Shown one piece after another: positions 31,057 through 41,853 of a DNA stretch of 64,000 bases. The stretch spans positions 2,852,001-2,916,000 of the forward strand of contig CAKKNE010000006.1 in the NCBI GenBank assembly GCA_918797485.1, given 5' to 3'. A model generated the notes under the pieces. The model ran no database searches and was not told where the DNA came from. It saw only the letters and a list, made by a program, of their open reading frames with translations. This DNA comes from Pelagomonas calceolata (taxonomy: Eukaryota). Both the position numbers and the translations under genes were made by a program. How positions within the stretch are numbered: position 1 is the first letter of the stretch; the number at the start of each line of letters is the position of its first letter.

Positions 31057-32709
31057 ATGGCCCTCGGTAAGGAGAACAACGCCGGCGACGCGAAGGTCTG
31101 GAGCGTCGAGGACGACCTCGTCGTCTACGACCACCTGAAGAGTTACATGCCGGGACCGAAGCTCGCCAAGAGCCCGAAGGTCGCAGCGCTTGTAGCCAAG
31201 CTCTCGGCGTCTGCCGAGGAGATCGTCGCGCGCTACGGCGAGCTCGTGGACATCAGCGGTCCCGCGCGCCTCCGCCTCGACGAGGCCGTCAAAGCGAAGG
31301 CGCGCGCTCGCGAAGGCTTGGCGGTGCCCGCGAAGAAAGCGCCCCCGAAGGCCAAAAAGAGTGGCGGCGCCGCCAAGCCCGTGCAAGCAAAGAAGACGAC
31401 GAGCGGCGCCGGCGCCAAGCCGAAGAAGAAGAAGGCGCGCGTCGCGACGCCGGCGCCGCCGCGGAGCGAGACCCCCCTGCTCGACATGATGCTCAACGGC
31501 CCGCCGGTCGGCTCGCAGGTCCTCGTGCGGTGGGAAGGCGCGCCCGGTCCCGAGCGGGACGGCTGCTGGCGGGCGGTCGTCTGCCAGGAGGACGGCAAGC
31601 TCTGGCTCGTGGGCGCCCAGTTCGACCCGACCTTCGGCGAGCCGATGCCGTTCGACCCGGTGCAGGACTCGTGGCGGATGGCGCCGAGCAACGTGGCGCC
31701 CCGCGCGACGCCGCGGCCGCGGCTGCCACCGCCGCCGCCACGGCCGACGCCCGCGCCCGCCGCGCGGCCGACGCCCGCCGTGCGGCCGACGCCGGCGCCC
31801 GCCCGCAAGCCGCGCGCGCGCTCCATTCGCGAATTGCAAAACGACATTACCGCGCCGCTATCGACAAGGGAGCGCGACGCCGTGGTCCGCGTCGTCGCGC
31901 AGCTCCGAGGCAAGAGCACATCGCTTAGGAAGATCCGCCGCGCGACCGAGGTCCTCCTGGACCGGTCGGAAGGCGCCCTCGACCACAAGAAGGCCGAGAT
32001 CAAGGCCGTGTTCCGCGAGGAGGTCGCGCGCCTGGATCGCGAGGAGGCCGAGGAGTCGCGGAAGCGCCAGCGGCCGCCCGACGACGATGTGGTCGTGACG
32101 GGCTCTGTCAACGCCATCGAAGCGGTCGATAAGCGCATCGCCGACGCGGAGAAGGACGGCCGCGTCATCGAGATCGGCGACGAATCCCCCAAGAAGGCCG
32201 CCGCGGACGACGACGACGCGTTCTGGGCCGCCGCGGCCGAGGCTACCGCGCGGGCCGAGCGCGAGGTCGGGCCGCCCGCGCCTCCGGCGCCCGCGCCCGC
32301 GCCCGCGCCGATCCCGATCGCGCCGCCGCCGCAGCTCTGGCCGCCGGTCCCGGTCGCGCCACCACCGCAGCTCTGGCCGCCGGTCCCGGTCGCGCCGCCG
32401 CCGCAGCTCTGGGCACCAGTCCCGGTCGCGCCGCCACTCGCGCCGCCGCCGGCCGGCCGATCGTGCACGTGCGGGGTGCCGGCGGTACGCCGGACGGCAC
32501 AGACGGACCGCAACTTCGGCCGCGTGTTCTACGCTTGCCGCTACGGCCGCGACGCGGGCTGTGGCTACTTCGACTGGGAGGACGGCGGCGGCGTAGGCGG
32601 CGTCGACATGCGCCGCGTGCAGTTGCTCGCGACCCTGCACGCGCGCGGGGCGTTGTCGGACGTCGACTACGCGCAGGCGATGGCGCTCGAGTTCCGGGCT
32701 CTGCGCTGA
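31057..32709 (+). CDS. nuclear protein with DEK-C-like domain, GRF zinc finger and SHOCT-like tail
   Basis: CTCGVPAVRRT...NFGRVFYAC...GCGYFDWED (zf-GRF); TSLRKIRR...LDHKKAEIK (DEK-C-like); LATLHARGALSDVDY (SHOCT-like). Confidence 0.75.
   Translation: MALGKENNAGDAKVWSVEDDLVVYDHLKSYMPGPKLAKSPKVAALVAKLSASAEEIVARYGELVDISGPARLRLDEAVKAKARAREGLAVPAKKAPPKAKKSGGAAKPVQAKKTTSGAGAKPKKKKARVATPAPPRSETPLLDMMLNGPPVGSQVLVRWEGAPGPERDGCWRAVVCQEDGKLWLVGAQFDPTFGEPMPFDPVQDSWRMAPSNVAPRATPRPRLPPPPPRPTPAPAARPTPAVRPTPAPARKPRARSIRELQNDITAPLSTRERDAVVRVVAQLRGKSTSLRKIRRATEVLLDRSEGALDHKKAEIKAVFREEVARLDREEAEESRKRQRPPDDDVVVTGSVNAIEAVDKRIADAEKDGRVIEIGDESPKKAAADDDDAFWAAAAEATARAEREVGPPAPPAPAPAPAPIPIAPPPQLWPPVPVAPPPQLWPPVPVAPPPQLWAPVPVAPPLAPPPAGRSCTCGVPAVRRTAQTDRNFGRVFYACRYGRDAGCGYFDWEDGGGVGGVDMRRVQLLATLHARGALSDVDYAQAMALEFRALR
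32320..32427 (+). repeat. 36 bp coding tandem repeat x3 (APPPQLWPPVPV)
   Basis: Three near-identical units seen directly in the sequence. Confidence 0.85.
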
Positions 32710-32794
32710 GCCTCTCCCCCGGCGCGCGTCGCCCAAGAGACGCGCGCGACCCCTGTGTACTAAGAATATTCTCTACGATTCACATGTACATTAT

Positions 32795-33532
32795 TTACAC
32801 TTGCCGCCGCAGACTCGAAAACGCCCCGCTCATCTCCGCCCGGCACGCGAGCGCCTCGAGATGCTCCAGCGCCAGCTCCACCTCCAAGTTGATCAAATCG
32901 TCTTCGACCGTGCCCTCGTCGTCCAGCGACGGCGCGCACGCTACCGAATTGTCTCGCGCGAGGACCTCTTCCACGGCCTCCCATGCGACTGCTGTATTCT
33001 CAGCCTCGGCTTCGCGAATCAACGCCTCCACGGCGGACCGCGCCTCGGGGCTCTCGGTTGGCCGCGTCAGCGGCGGAGCGAGGTCCGCCAGGGGTACTTC
33101 CGCGGCGCGCCTCGCCAGGACCGTGCGCGTGCTGAGCCGCCTTAATTCAGTCCGATGAAGCTTGAGATAGGCGATGTAGCGCCGACTCTGTCCCAATTTG
33201 TCGACGAGGCGCAGGAGCTCCGCGTTCGGTTTTGGTGCTTTGCACGGCATTCTAGCGGCGCGCGAGCGCACGTCCTCGAGCTCGGCCCAGGCTATACGCG
33301 CTGCCGCCTGATCCCCGGCCTCGGTCGCGGCGCGCGCTTCCGCGCAGAGTCTGGCGTCCTCCGCGGCGATGGCGTCTGTCGCTGCGATAGCGTCTGCGCC
33401 GGCCTGCTCCGCCGCGCCGCGTCCCGCGCCGCGTGCACTGCTCACAGCCAGCCTTTGTGCAGCAGGTCCCACCTGCCAGGCGCGGACGCCAAACGCTAGC
33501 ATAAATAGACAGACCAGCCAGCGCATCATCAT
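32795..33532 (-). CDS. plastid-targeted CP12-like protein
   Basis: Signal peptide ending VRA-W; two degenerate CP12 core motifs, AWAELEDV and AWEAVEEV (CP12 consensus AWDxVEEL). Confidence 0.55.
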   Translation of the reverse strand: MMMRWLVCLFMLAFGVRAWQVGPAAQRLAVSSARGAGRGAAEQAGADAIAATDAIAAEDARLCAEARAATEAGDQAAARIAWAELEDVRSRAARMPCKAPKPNAELLRLVDKLGQSRRYIAYLKLHRTELRRLSTRTVLARRAAEVPLADLAPPLTRPTESPEARSAVEALIREAEAENTAVAWEAVEEVLARDNSVACAPSLDDEGTVEDDLINLEVELALEHLEALACRAEMSGAFSSLRRQV

Positions 33533-33828
33533 GAACTTGTCCTGAGGACGCGCGTCGCCGGTAGCGCACGACGGCGCCCCCGCGACTCTTGACCAGTCCT
33601 CACTAGGTGAGACACACTAGAACGCATCGAAATTTTTGTAGAAGCCACCGGACTTGCATACAAACGAGCTGACCTGCAGACAGGCGCAGGAAAAGGACTA
33701 TTCGTATTGTCCTCCAGCGCAAAAGCAGCAGCGCTTGCAAAAAAACTGCGGTGTCAACAAAAAGCCGACGACAGCCGACCAGCCGCATCTCCGGCAGCCG
33801 ATCTCCAGCTCCATCACACGCATCAAAA

Positions 33829-35561
33829 ATGGGCGCCTGCTTCTCCGCCTACGACGAATATGAAGCGGACGCCAATAGAGGCAACGCCCTCGCGGCCATG
33901 CTCAAGGTCGAGGGCTTCGACGTGATCATCATCTGCTGCGGCACGTCCCATCAAGCGGCCTTCTGGCAAGCTAGACTAGAAAGGGGCCGCGGCGTCATCG
34001 TACCGAAAGACGCGACGGTACTATGCGTCCACGAAGATTGGCCGGGCGGCGCGGGTAATGGTCTAGGTACGCTCTATGCCTGGACCAAGGCCGCGAAGCT
34101 CGCCGAGGACAAGGGCGATTCACAACTAGCTTCCAAGTTAGCCTCTGGCAGTATCTCCGCAGCATTGTATCACACGGCCGGGAAAGGGACGCGACTGGCG
34201 CCCTTGCCGGGCGCGGAGAACAACAACAAGCCCGGCGTGAAATTACCTGCCACGGCGCCGCTGGGTGTCGACGGGGCCGTCGTGCCTTTGACGATTTTAG
34301 AAAGTGTGGTCAAGTCCACGGGCATCTACGCGTCGTCGCGGAAAGGCCGGTTAAGTGTCTTCTGGGGCGACCAGGTCTTCGTGCCGACGAAGTCCTACGA
34401 CTACGACTCGAAGCGGGCGCACGCGGACATCTTATGCATGCTCGCGCCGATGCCGTCGGCCGCCGAGTGGGCCGCGAAGGGGCTGGAGAAGTACGGGTTG
34501 GTCGCGGTGGCCAAGAACGGTTTGATGCGGCGTCTTTGTGATCACACGAGAGTCCACGCGTCTCGCGAGAGAGCGGTTCGGCGCTGCGCCGACGCCGTCG
34601 ACGCGAGAGAGCCACGATGACACCGTCAAACGCAGGCGCGGCGTGCCAGGTCGAGAAGGTCGACCACGCGACCGCTTTAGCGATGACGAAGACGCTCGGT
34701 TCCATCAAGCAGGTCGGCACGTCGCTAGGATCCTTCTCGCTGACCGCTTCACTACTATCGGCATTACTGAACGAGTTCGCAAATGAACTTGCGTCAAAGA
34801 AGGGCCAGCTCGACAGCGATCCCCACTGGTGGATGCCCATGACCCTGCCGTTAGATGCTTATGTCCAGTTGATGGGGCGGAAGGGCACGTCCGAGAAGGA
34901 GGCTTCGGCGCATTATGCTCGCATACAAAAACTCCTGAACAACTTTGATAAAAAAGGAGCACATTTGTTAGGCCCGGTAGATGTCGGCGGCGACGCCTAC
35001 TGGTGGGACTACGGCCAATTGAAGTTGTACCTGAGGAACGCTTGTAGGTTAGTGGAGGACGGCAAAGAGGCCGATAGCATGAGGGAGTTCCTCGGCGTGA
35101 CGCGAGGCGACAAGGGCGCTTGTGGGGAATCGTTCGGCATCGACGCGTATTCGACGGCCTCGTCGTGTCGCATTGTGGCTGGAGTGTCCAAACGAAGTGT
35201 CTTAGCGAATGTGGCGGCCAAGGAGATCGACGCCGAAGGTGCCGTGCTCGTGAATGTGACGGCCAAAAAAATAGTTGCTGGCGAGGGCGCCATCGCCTAT
35301 AATGTGGTAGACGATAGCGACGAGTTGGTCCTTAAACCGGGAGAAGTGATTACGGACGTCTTCGGCGAGAACGGCTCCAAGCTGAGACAGCGGTCTACCT
35401 TAGACAACGATGGGGGCAAAAAGTGGAAGGAGATCATCTGCGGGAACAAGAAGACCTTCGAGGGCGTCTACAAGGACAATTTATCTACAAATGTTATCAA
35501 GGCCTCGGAGAAAGGGGAAGCGGCTCATGCCGCGCTCGCGCGGGCGGTGTCGTCGGCGTAG
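33829..35561 (+). CDS. nucleotidyltransferase-like protein (sugar-1-phosphate NTase/FPGT-like), 2 exons
   Basis: GGAGNGLGTL, HTAGKGTRLAPLP...K, VFWGDQ and YWWDYG motifs; MGAC N-terminus (acylation-like); GT-AG intron 34520-34635 joins VAKNG|AACQVEK. Confidence 0.7.
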
Positions 35562-35696
35562 GTGACGTGGCCGTGGGGCGTAAGTGGGTATTTCTATCAA
35601 CCTTGGGGGCGCGGACGACAGACCAGCCTACATAGCTCGCGGGTTTCACGTCGACAGCGTACGGCGCGGACGCGTACAGCGGACGGTACACACGGG

Positions 35697-35858
35697 TTTT
35701 TCAGGAATTTTGCACTTCCTCCCTCGGCGGCCAAGGCGCCGTCGATCAAGGAGATGAAGGCGACCATCAGGAAGGCAGGCTTCGGCGTCGCGGACCTCGT
35801 CGAGAAGTCGGACGTCGTCAAGCGCTACCAGGAGGCCCTCGCGCGACTAGGAAAGTAA
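35697..35858 (+). pseudogene. orphan coding fragment (short helical xxEKxDxV-type module)
   Basis: PSIKEMKATIRKAGFGVADLVEKSDVVKRYQEALARLGK* has coding-like codon bias but no clear ATG. Confidence 0.35.
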
Positions 35859-35874
35859 ACACAACAAAAGCAAC

Positions 35875-38800
35875 TTACATCGAAAACGCCCGCGACTTGT
35901 CCGCCTTTCTTTCCGGAGACTCGTCGCCCGCGTTCCCGAGCCGCCGCGCGCGCACGGCCGACAGCCGCCCCTCTAATAAAGCCCGCCGGTCGTGCTCGAA
36001 CTCGTCCCGCCGAAACTCCGCCGCGTAGTTCGGCAAATAGCGGCAGACGAGCTGCGACCGCCTGGAACAGACCCGCAGCAGTTCATCCAAACAAGCGTTG
36101 AATTCCGCCTCGACGACCGCCAGAGCGTGGACCGGCAGCCGGTTCTTGCGCTGCTCCGTGGCCAGGACTCGGGCGCGCACCGACGTGCGAGGAGACAGCT
36201 TCAGCAAGTAATCGCGGTGCGGCCGCGGCATCGTCCGCCGCGCGGCATCGCGCGACGGCTGCAGGTTGCCGATCTTCGGGACCGGTGCGCCGAGAAAACG
36301 CCACGCCGAGCTCAACAAAGCAGAATCAAAACCGTTGTACAACGCCGCCGCGAGGTCGCTGTCCGTGCCGCCCGCCGGCAGCAGGAAGTGCCGCAACCGC
36401 CGCATGACGACGCGCTCTCCCCGAGACGCCTCCCTATCGAAGTGGTGGGCTTCCGCCGTCGCTCGCAGCGCTTGCTTTAACGCGGTGAGGGCCTCTGATA
36501 AAGCGCGGGCGTCGTCCAGTCGCATCGCGTCGCGGCCGGCCTCGATGGCGTCGATGATCTGCGGCGTGGTTTTGTGGATGGCGTAGAGCGAAGCGTAGAG
36601 CGAGTCCTCCTCGGGGACCTGCGTGCGTTTTCGTGAGAAATTTGTGCGGGAGCTCGCGTCGCGTCGATGGCGTCAAGGTGGAGCAGCGTCACGCGCTCCG
36701 CGCCGTCGACGCGACGCGACAAAAGGACACGGGCGACAAACCGCCAAAAACCGGCACGACGGCGGCGGCGCGTCGTCAGAAAGGTCTCTATTACAAGAAA
36801 CCAAATCCGTCAAACATAACACGCGCTTCGGCCGTCCTAACCGGCGCGACGCCGCCCCGAGGGCCTGATCCAAAGCGTTCGACAGCTTCGCGTCGCCTTC
36901 GACGGTTTTCTTCAAAGGCCCCCGGTTATGCGGCGCGGACGCCGCATCCCCGCGAGCGTACGCCGCGGCGACGAAGGCCAGACGGCTCCGCAATCTCTCT
37001 AAATCAGTTAATCGTAATGTCTCCACGAACCCGTCGTCGATCTGACTCAATGAATCACATTCCGCGTCGACGTAAGAACGGAACAGGCCGCGCGTCGCGC
37101 AGGAACAGGGGATCTCCCTCGCTAATCTAGCTACCACACTCAAAACCTCATTTGTAGACGACGACTCCTCAGAAGAGGGCAGAAAACCTCTCGCCGCATC
37201 GACGCGCCATAATAAGTCGTCGTCGTTCGTCACGAGCAAGCCTTCGCCCGCGTCGGCCGCGTCGCGGCCCGCCGCGAAGAAGGGGCACAACCCACCTGGT
37301 GATCTTCTCACGGACTTCGGGGTTGTCGGACCTTCCTTCAACACGGACACTCGAGCTGCTTCGGTGTCCGAGATATGTTCATGCAAGTAAGAGAAAGCTG
37401 CCGTACCACCCGTACCGACGGCGTCGTTCGTCCCGGCCGGCTCCAAGACGTACTTCCGCACCATCTGCATGTGCCTCCACCTAAAGTCTAATACCACGTC
37501 CACGCACCTATTATATTGCGCCGCCAGGGCTAATGCGGCAGACGCTGAACCGGACCAGTCGTCCACCACAGGAGGAGCTTGGTCCCGAGCAGCCAGGACG
37601 AAATCTCGACACGGCACTGTTTGTCTAATTTTCCTCAGGAACCGTCGGTGCGCGACCGGCATGGACTCGGAAAAGTCATCGAGTAGCGCTTGTAAAGTCC
37701 GATTCGAGTTGGACACGCCCAGAAACGCATCCAGCGCCGGCAGCAAGGTAGACATAGCACCACTGGGACCGGGTAATGAGACGGGCTCGTTGTCAAACTC
37801 GCCCTCGAAGATCACGGCATCAAGACCATTGATGAAGGGCCGCAGTCGCGCATAAAAAAAGTAGTAGTCGCACAACGCGCCGTGCTGGCCGTGGCGCTCG
37901 AACATGAGCGGGAGGCAGTCCCGGACGACATGTCCAAAGCAATCTTCGATCTTGCTGAGGACCTCGTGGCAGTCCTGGATCGCCTCCTGTGTCACAGTTC
38001 TCGACGTGACGTCGGCGCCTTCATTCAAGGCGGCTACGGCCGGTGCGGCCGCCGCCTCGATGACCAAATGGGTCTTGAAGAACCACTCCTCGTCGACGAG
38101 ACCTGCGTGGACGAGGCTCTCGATCGTCGCAACCCTCCACGCCGTCGACGCGACGTCGGCTCGATGGCGTGGCGACGCGCGACACTCTCGCTGCCGCGGC
38201 GACGGCGTAGTTCTACGCCACCAGCACGCCATCGCCGCGTCGAAGGCACCGCAAAGTTTCAGTCTCGGACGCCGCGTTTCACCAGTAAAGCGCCGCAGCA
38301 TCCGCGCGTTGTCCGTCGACACGGGCCCCTTTTCATCTAACAAGGCCCAATTATACAAGACGCAGCCCGAGTAGTCGAGCATCGGTCTCCGTCCTAATCG
38401 TCGAGACACGGCGCAGAAGCCTCGGGCCAAACACCGCGGCACTATTCTCTCAGAGGACTCCTTGACCAACGCGCAGCATATATACGAATAGAGCGCGTGG
38501 GCCACCTCGAGCTCGTCCTCGTCGTGCTTTATTGATTTTATGGCGTCCGCCGCTGCTTCCAATTCAGCACTTCGTTGCTGGATCGTCCTCCCGATGGATT
38601 CTTCTAACGCCGCGGAGGGCACCTCGCGCCCCAGATCCCGCAACACACGCAGGGCCGGCGTCGAGGGCTCCTTTCGCGGCGCTCGGGCCGGCAAAAAACC
38701 TCTCGCGCCGACGTCCCACAAAGACGCGTCGTCGGCCTCCATCTCGAGGTAGGCCGACGCTCTTCGAGCCTTCGTGCGCGGCTTCGCGACCTCCGGTGGT

Positions 38801-38994
38801 GTTGTCGTGCCTGTTTTTGATCTTGCCGCTAGGACGGGGCACAAAGCTTCGGGGGGCGGCGGCGGCGGCGGCGGTTTCGGCGGTGCCGCCTTCCGGCGGC
38901 GTAGCAGGGCCACCACGAGGAGAGCTATTGACATGGCGAGGATCGATGCCGACGGCAGCAGGCCGTCAAATGACTCCAGCAGGGCGGAGGCCAT
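35875..38994 (-). CDS. indoleamine 2,3-dioxygenase-like protein with a duplicated, degenerate second domain (3 exons, ~938 aa)
   Basis: RGFLP, LGRRPMLDY...YNW, FTG|LVDEEWFF, GPSGAMS, FRWRHMQMVRKYV and GTGGT; N-terminal TM; introns 38103-38282 and 36619-36741 give 2817 nt in frame. Confidence 0.85.
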
Positions 38995-39130
38995 GTTCAC
39001 GCTAGCGGGGCGGCCGGCCGGCCGCAGCCGTCTGCTACGCGTCTGGCACAATAACAGCGAGTAGACAGCGGCTTGTACACCTTCACACGGCCCGTCTACA
39101 GCGCAACGCTATGTCGCCTCCGCTTTTTGC

Positions 39131-39155
39131 TTGCTAGTGTCTTACGGCCGCTAGC
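39131..39155 (-). promoter_or_regulatory. CTAG-bounded palindromic upstream element, copy 7
   Basis: + strand TTGCTAGTGTCTTACGGCCGCTAGC, ~135 bp upstream of the IDO-like ATG (-). Confidence 0.6.
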
Positions 39156-39332
39156 TCTAGCATATAATCGTGTTGTGAGCTATTGCTGGCAAGGACTCGA
39201 CATCAATAGAGTCGAGACGTGACGGCGAGTTGGCGGCCTAGAGGCGAACAAGTCCGTGCGACGAATTCGAAAGCGATCTAAAGCGATCGTGGCCCACTCG
39301 CCCTGAGGTGACTCGCTCGAGATCGCCGTCGG

Positions 39333-40829
39333 ATGCGACGCGCGCTCGTCTTCCTCCTCGGCGCCCTCGGCGCCCGCGACGCTCTCGGTCTAGTCGGACC
39401 GAAGCCGTGGGCCCGGGGCGCCGCCAGCTCTCGCGCGTCCGTCGTCGCCTCGACAGAGATGGTGCGGGCGCGACCCCCGAAGGGCCTCGGCATCCACTGG
39501 ACGCCGACCCTGAGCGTCGGTCAGCTCTTGCATAAACTCCACAGTGTCGATGGCGTCCAGCAGTATAAGCCGAGACGCTCGTGCAAGTCGGGCGGCGGCC
39601 TGCAGACCGGCCACCTCGCGCAAGCCCTCTACGACGCCAACTGCAACATGCTCTCGTACTACGACGAGGACGACGCGATCTGGCTCCACCCGGAGGCGGA
39701 GAAGCTCAAGAAGGACGCGGTGTGGCGCGCGACGCACCGGCCTGCGCGGCGCGAGACCGGCGCCTACGCGATGATCGTGCCGGGCGAGCAGATACTCGGC
39801 GAGGTGCGCCAAATCTGGCGCCAGGAGGACGGCGTGCGGACGTCGCGCGTCGTCCTCATCAACGGCTCGGCCGTCCCGACGCTCCAGGCGACGGCGCGCG
39901 AAGACGTCAAGGAGTACCTCGCGAAGGTTCTCGACGATGCGCCGGCCGTCGCCGCGGCGGCCATGGATGACTACCTGGAGGAGGAGCTCCAGGCCCAGAT
40001 TTCGCTCTGGGAGCAGAAGGCCATCGACGCGGCCGACGCGGCCGACGAGGTCGACGCCGAGGCCCTCCGCCAGGCGTTGCGGGACGTCTGCGTCGAGTGC
40101 GGGTGGCGGGCGCTCCACCCCGAAGACGAGATCCTCCCCGAGACCGAGGACAGGGAGGTGTCTTATTTGGGGTCGCCGCGGTGCGTCGCGCACGATCTCG
40201 TCATGGACTCGTTCTTCGGCCGGCTCGACACGGGCCCGCGCGACGAGCACGACGGGGACCTCACGGTGTACCGCGCGGCCATCAGCAAGGGCACCGCGGA
40301 GTACCCCGGCCCCAAGCTCTGGGAGGAGCTCGTCCTGCGGCGCGTCCCGAAGCTCCGCGAGCACATCGAGGGCACGGTGGACGAGGAGGAGCGCAAGGCC
40401 CACCTGCAGGTGCTCAAGAACCTCGTGAAGATGCTCGCCGTGGACCACATGTGGTCGTCCGCGCGCCCGCGCCGAACTATCACTCGGCCCGACTCACTGG
40501 TTGATTCGCACAGGTTTGTATGCGACCACCCGAAGAACTGCGCGAACGCGGCGTCGACTCGAGCCGGGCGCGTCGCGCGGCGCGCGCGACTCACTGGTCA
40601 ACACGCAGGCTACCTCGAGTGGAGTGCGGTCAACCGTTTTGACCGGTGCCTATCCTGCGATTTACTCGAATTCACACCTCGTCCGCACGCAGGCTACTTC
40701 TCCGACGTCAACAACCAGGACGCGAAGCTGGCCCGCGACGGGGACTTCGCCAAGGCCGAGTCCATCGCGTTCATGGACGAGGCCATCGATGGCGAGCTCA
40801 AGCTCTTCTCGGTCACCGATCGCGAGTAG
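39333..40829 (+). CDS. signal-peptide (probably plastid) protein of unknown function with three short 3' introns
   Basis: MRRALVFLLGALGARDALG-LV; strong GC3 bias broken at 40454-40513, 40540-40608 and 40624-40692 (predicted introns). Confidence 0.7.
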   Translation: MRRALVFLLGALGARDALGLVGPKPWARGAASSRASVVASTEMVRARPPKGLGIHWTPTLSVGQLLHKLHSVDGVQQYKPRRSCKSGGGLQTGHLAQALYDANCNMLSYYDEDDAIWLHPEAEKLKKDAVWRATHRPARRETGAYAMIVPGEQILGEVRQIWRQEDGVRTSRVVLINGSAVPTLQATAREDVKEYLAKVLDDAPAVAAAAMDDYLEEELQAQISLWEQKAIDAADAADEVDAEALRQALRDVCVECGWRALHPEDEILPETEDREVSYLGSPRCVAHDLVMDSFFGRLDTGPRDEHDGDLTVYRAAISKGTAEYPGPKLWEELVLRRVPKLREHIEGTVDEEERKAHLQVLKNLVKMLAVDHMWSSARPRRTITRPDSLVDSHRFVCDHPKNCANAASTRAGRVARRARLTGQHAGYLEWSAVNRFDRCLSCDLLEFTPRPHAGYFSDVNNQDAKLARDGDFAKAESIAFMDEAIDGELKLFSVTDRE

Positions 40830-41766
40830 AGCGCGCGGGTAAGACTGTCTCCTTGAAAATTACCACTAATAGCTACACCAGGAGCGCCCGGAGCGTGCAA
40901 ACTTGGCTCATCGGAATACGATGAACGAGGTCGCAGATCGCGCGCATGCGGCCTGTCGAGGCGCGAGAGGGTCGTCGCCGTAGGGCTCGCCTCGCGTTTG
41001 TGGACCCGCGGCCGAGGTGTTGGCGCGCGACGCGCCGCGCGTCAGATGTCCTCTCCGAAGGTTCCTGGTCGCGTGGCCTCGCGAAGCAGTGCTTTGGCGT
41101 GCTTCATAGTACGCGGCGCCGCGGAGGCGCGACCGCGCCATCAGGTCCGCGGTGGCCGCTCGCCTAGCAGTAAAGGTAGCCACGTCTCCGCCAGAGAGAC
41201 TAATTGCGACACTCTGGCCAACATGTCCCCTCGAAGGAGGCCCTGAGCGCGGTCTGTCTGGAAGCACGGTGTCATAAAGGCACGGCCCACCGGAAGTCAT
41301 GAGCGGCCTTTGGCACCCGCGGCGCCTATTTCTCGGAATCTCCTCGCGATGTGACGTCATCGTGAACCGCGTCTTGTCCATTAGGCGATGCGGTCGGCGC
41401 ACGCCGCACGCGTCCCGCAACGTTGCTCACACGGCGTCGCCGCGCGCAGGCACCTACAGATGCCGGCGGCCACGAACGCGCAACAGTCATCGCAGCCCGT
41501 CGACCGGTTCCTGGCGATCTGCGCATTGATGCTGGACGTACGCAGCGATCTGTTGCCTCACCGCGCCACGCGTCCTGTCGTCTGTGATAGCTGCATCCTC
41601 ACTCATGCTCGGCGTCGGGTGTATGCCCAGCGCGACGACGGCTTCTTCGTGCGCGCGACGCAGCGCTGCTGCTGTCTCGGTTGACATGTGACTCCTTGCA
41701 CAAAATCGTTCTTGTTTGGCGCTCGCAAAGACGCACACGCACGCGACAGTGAGCCGCGACATGTGC

Positions 41767-41791
41767 TTGCTAGTGTCTTACAGCCGCTAGC
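41767..41791 (-). promoter_or_regulatory. CTAG-bounded palindromic upstream element, copy 8
   Basis: + strand TTGCTAGTGTCTTACAGCCGCTAGC; points toward a short uncertain ORF (ATG 41687). Confidence 0.55.
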
Positions 41792-41853
41792 CGAGCGTCT
41801 CTCCCTCACGAGTCGCCCGGGCCCAAGTGACAGTGACAATTATTCTTACCAGC

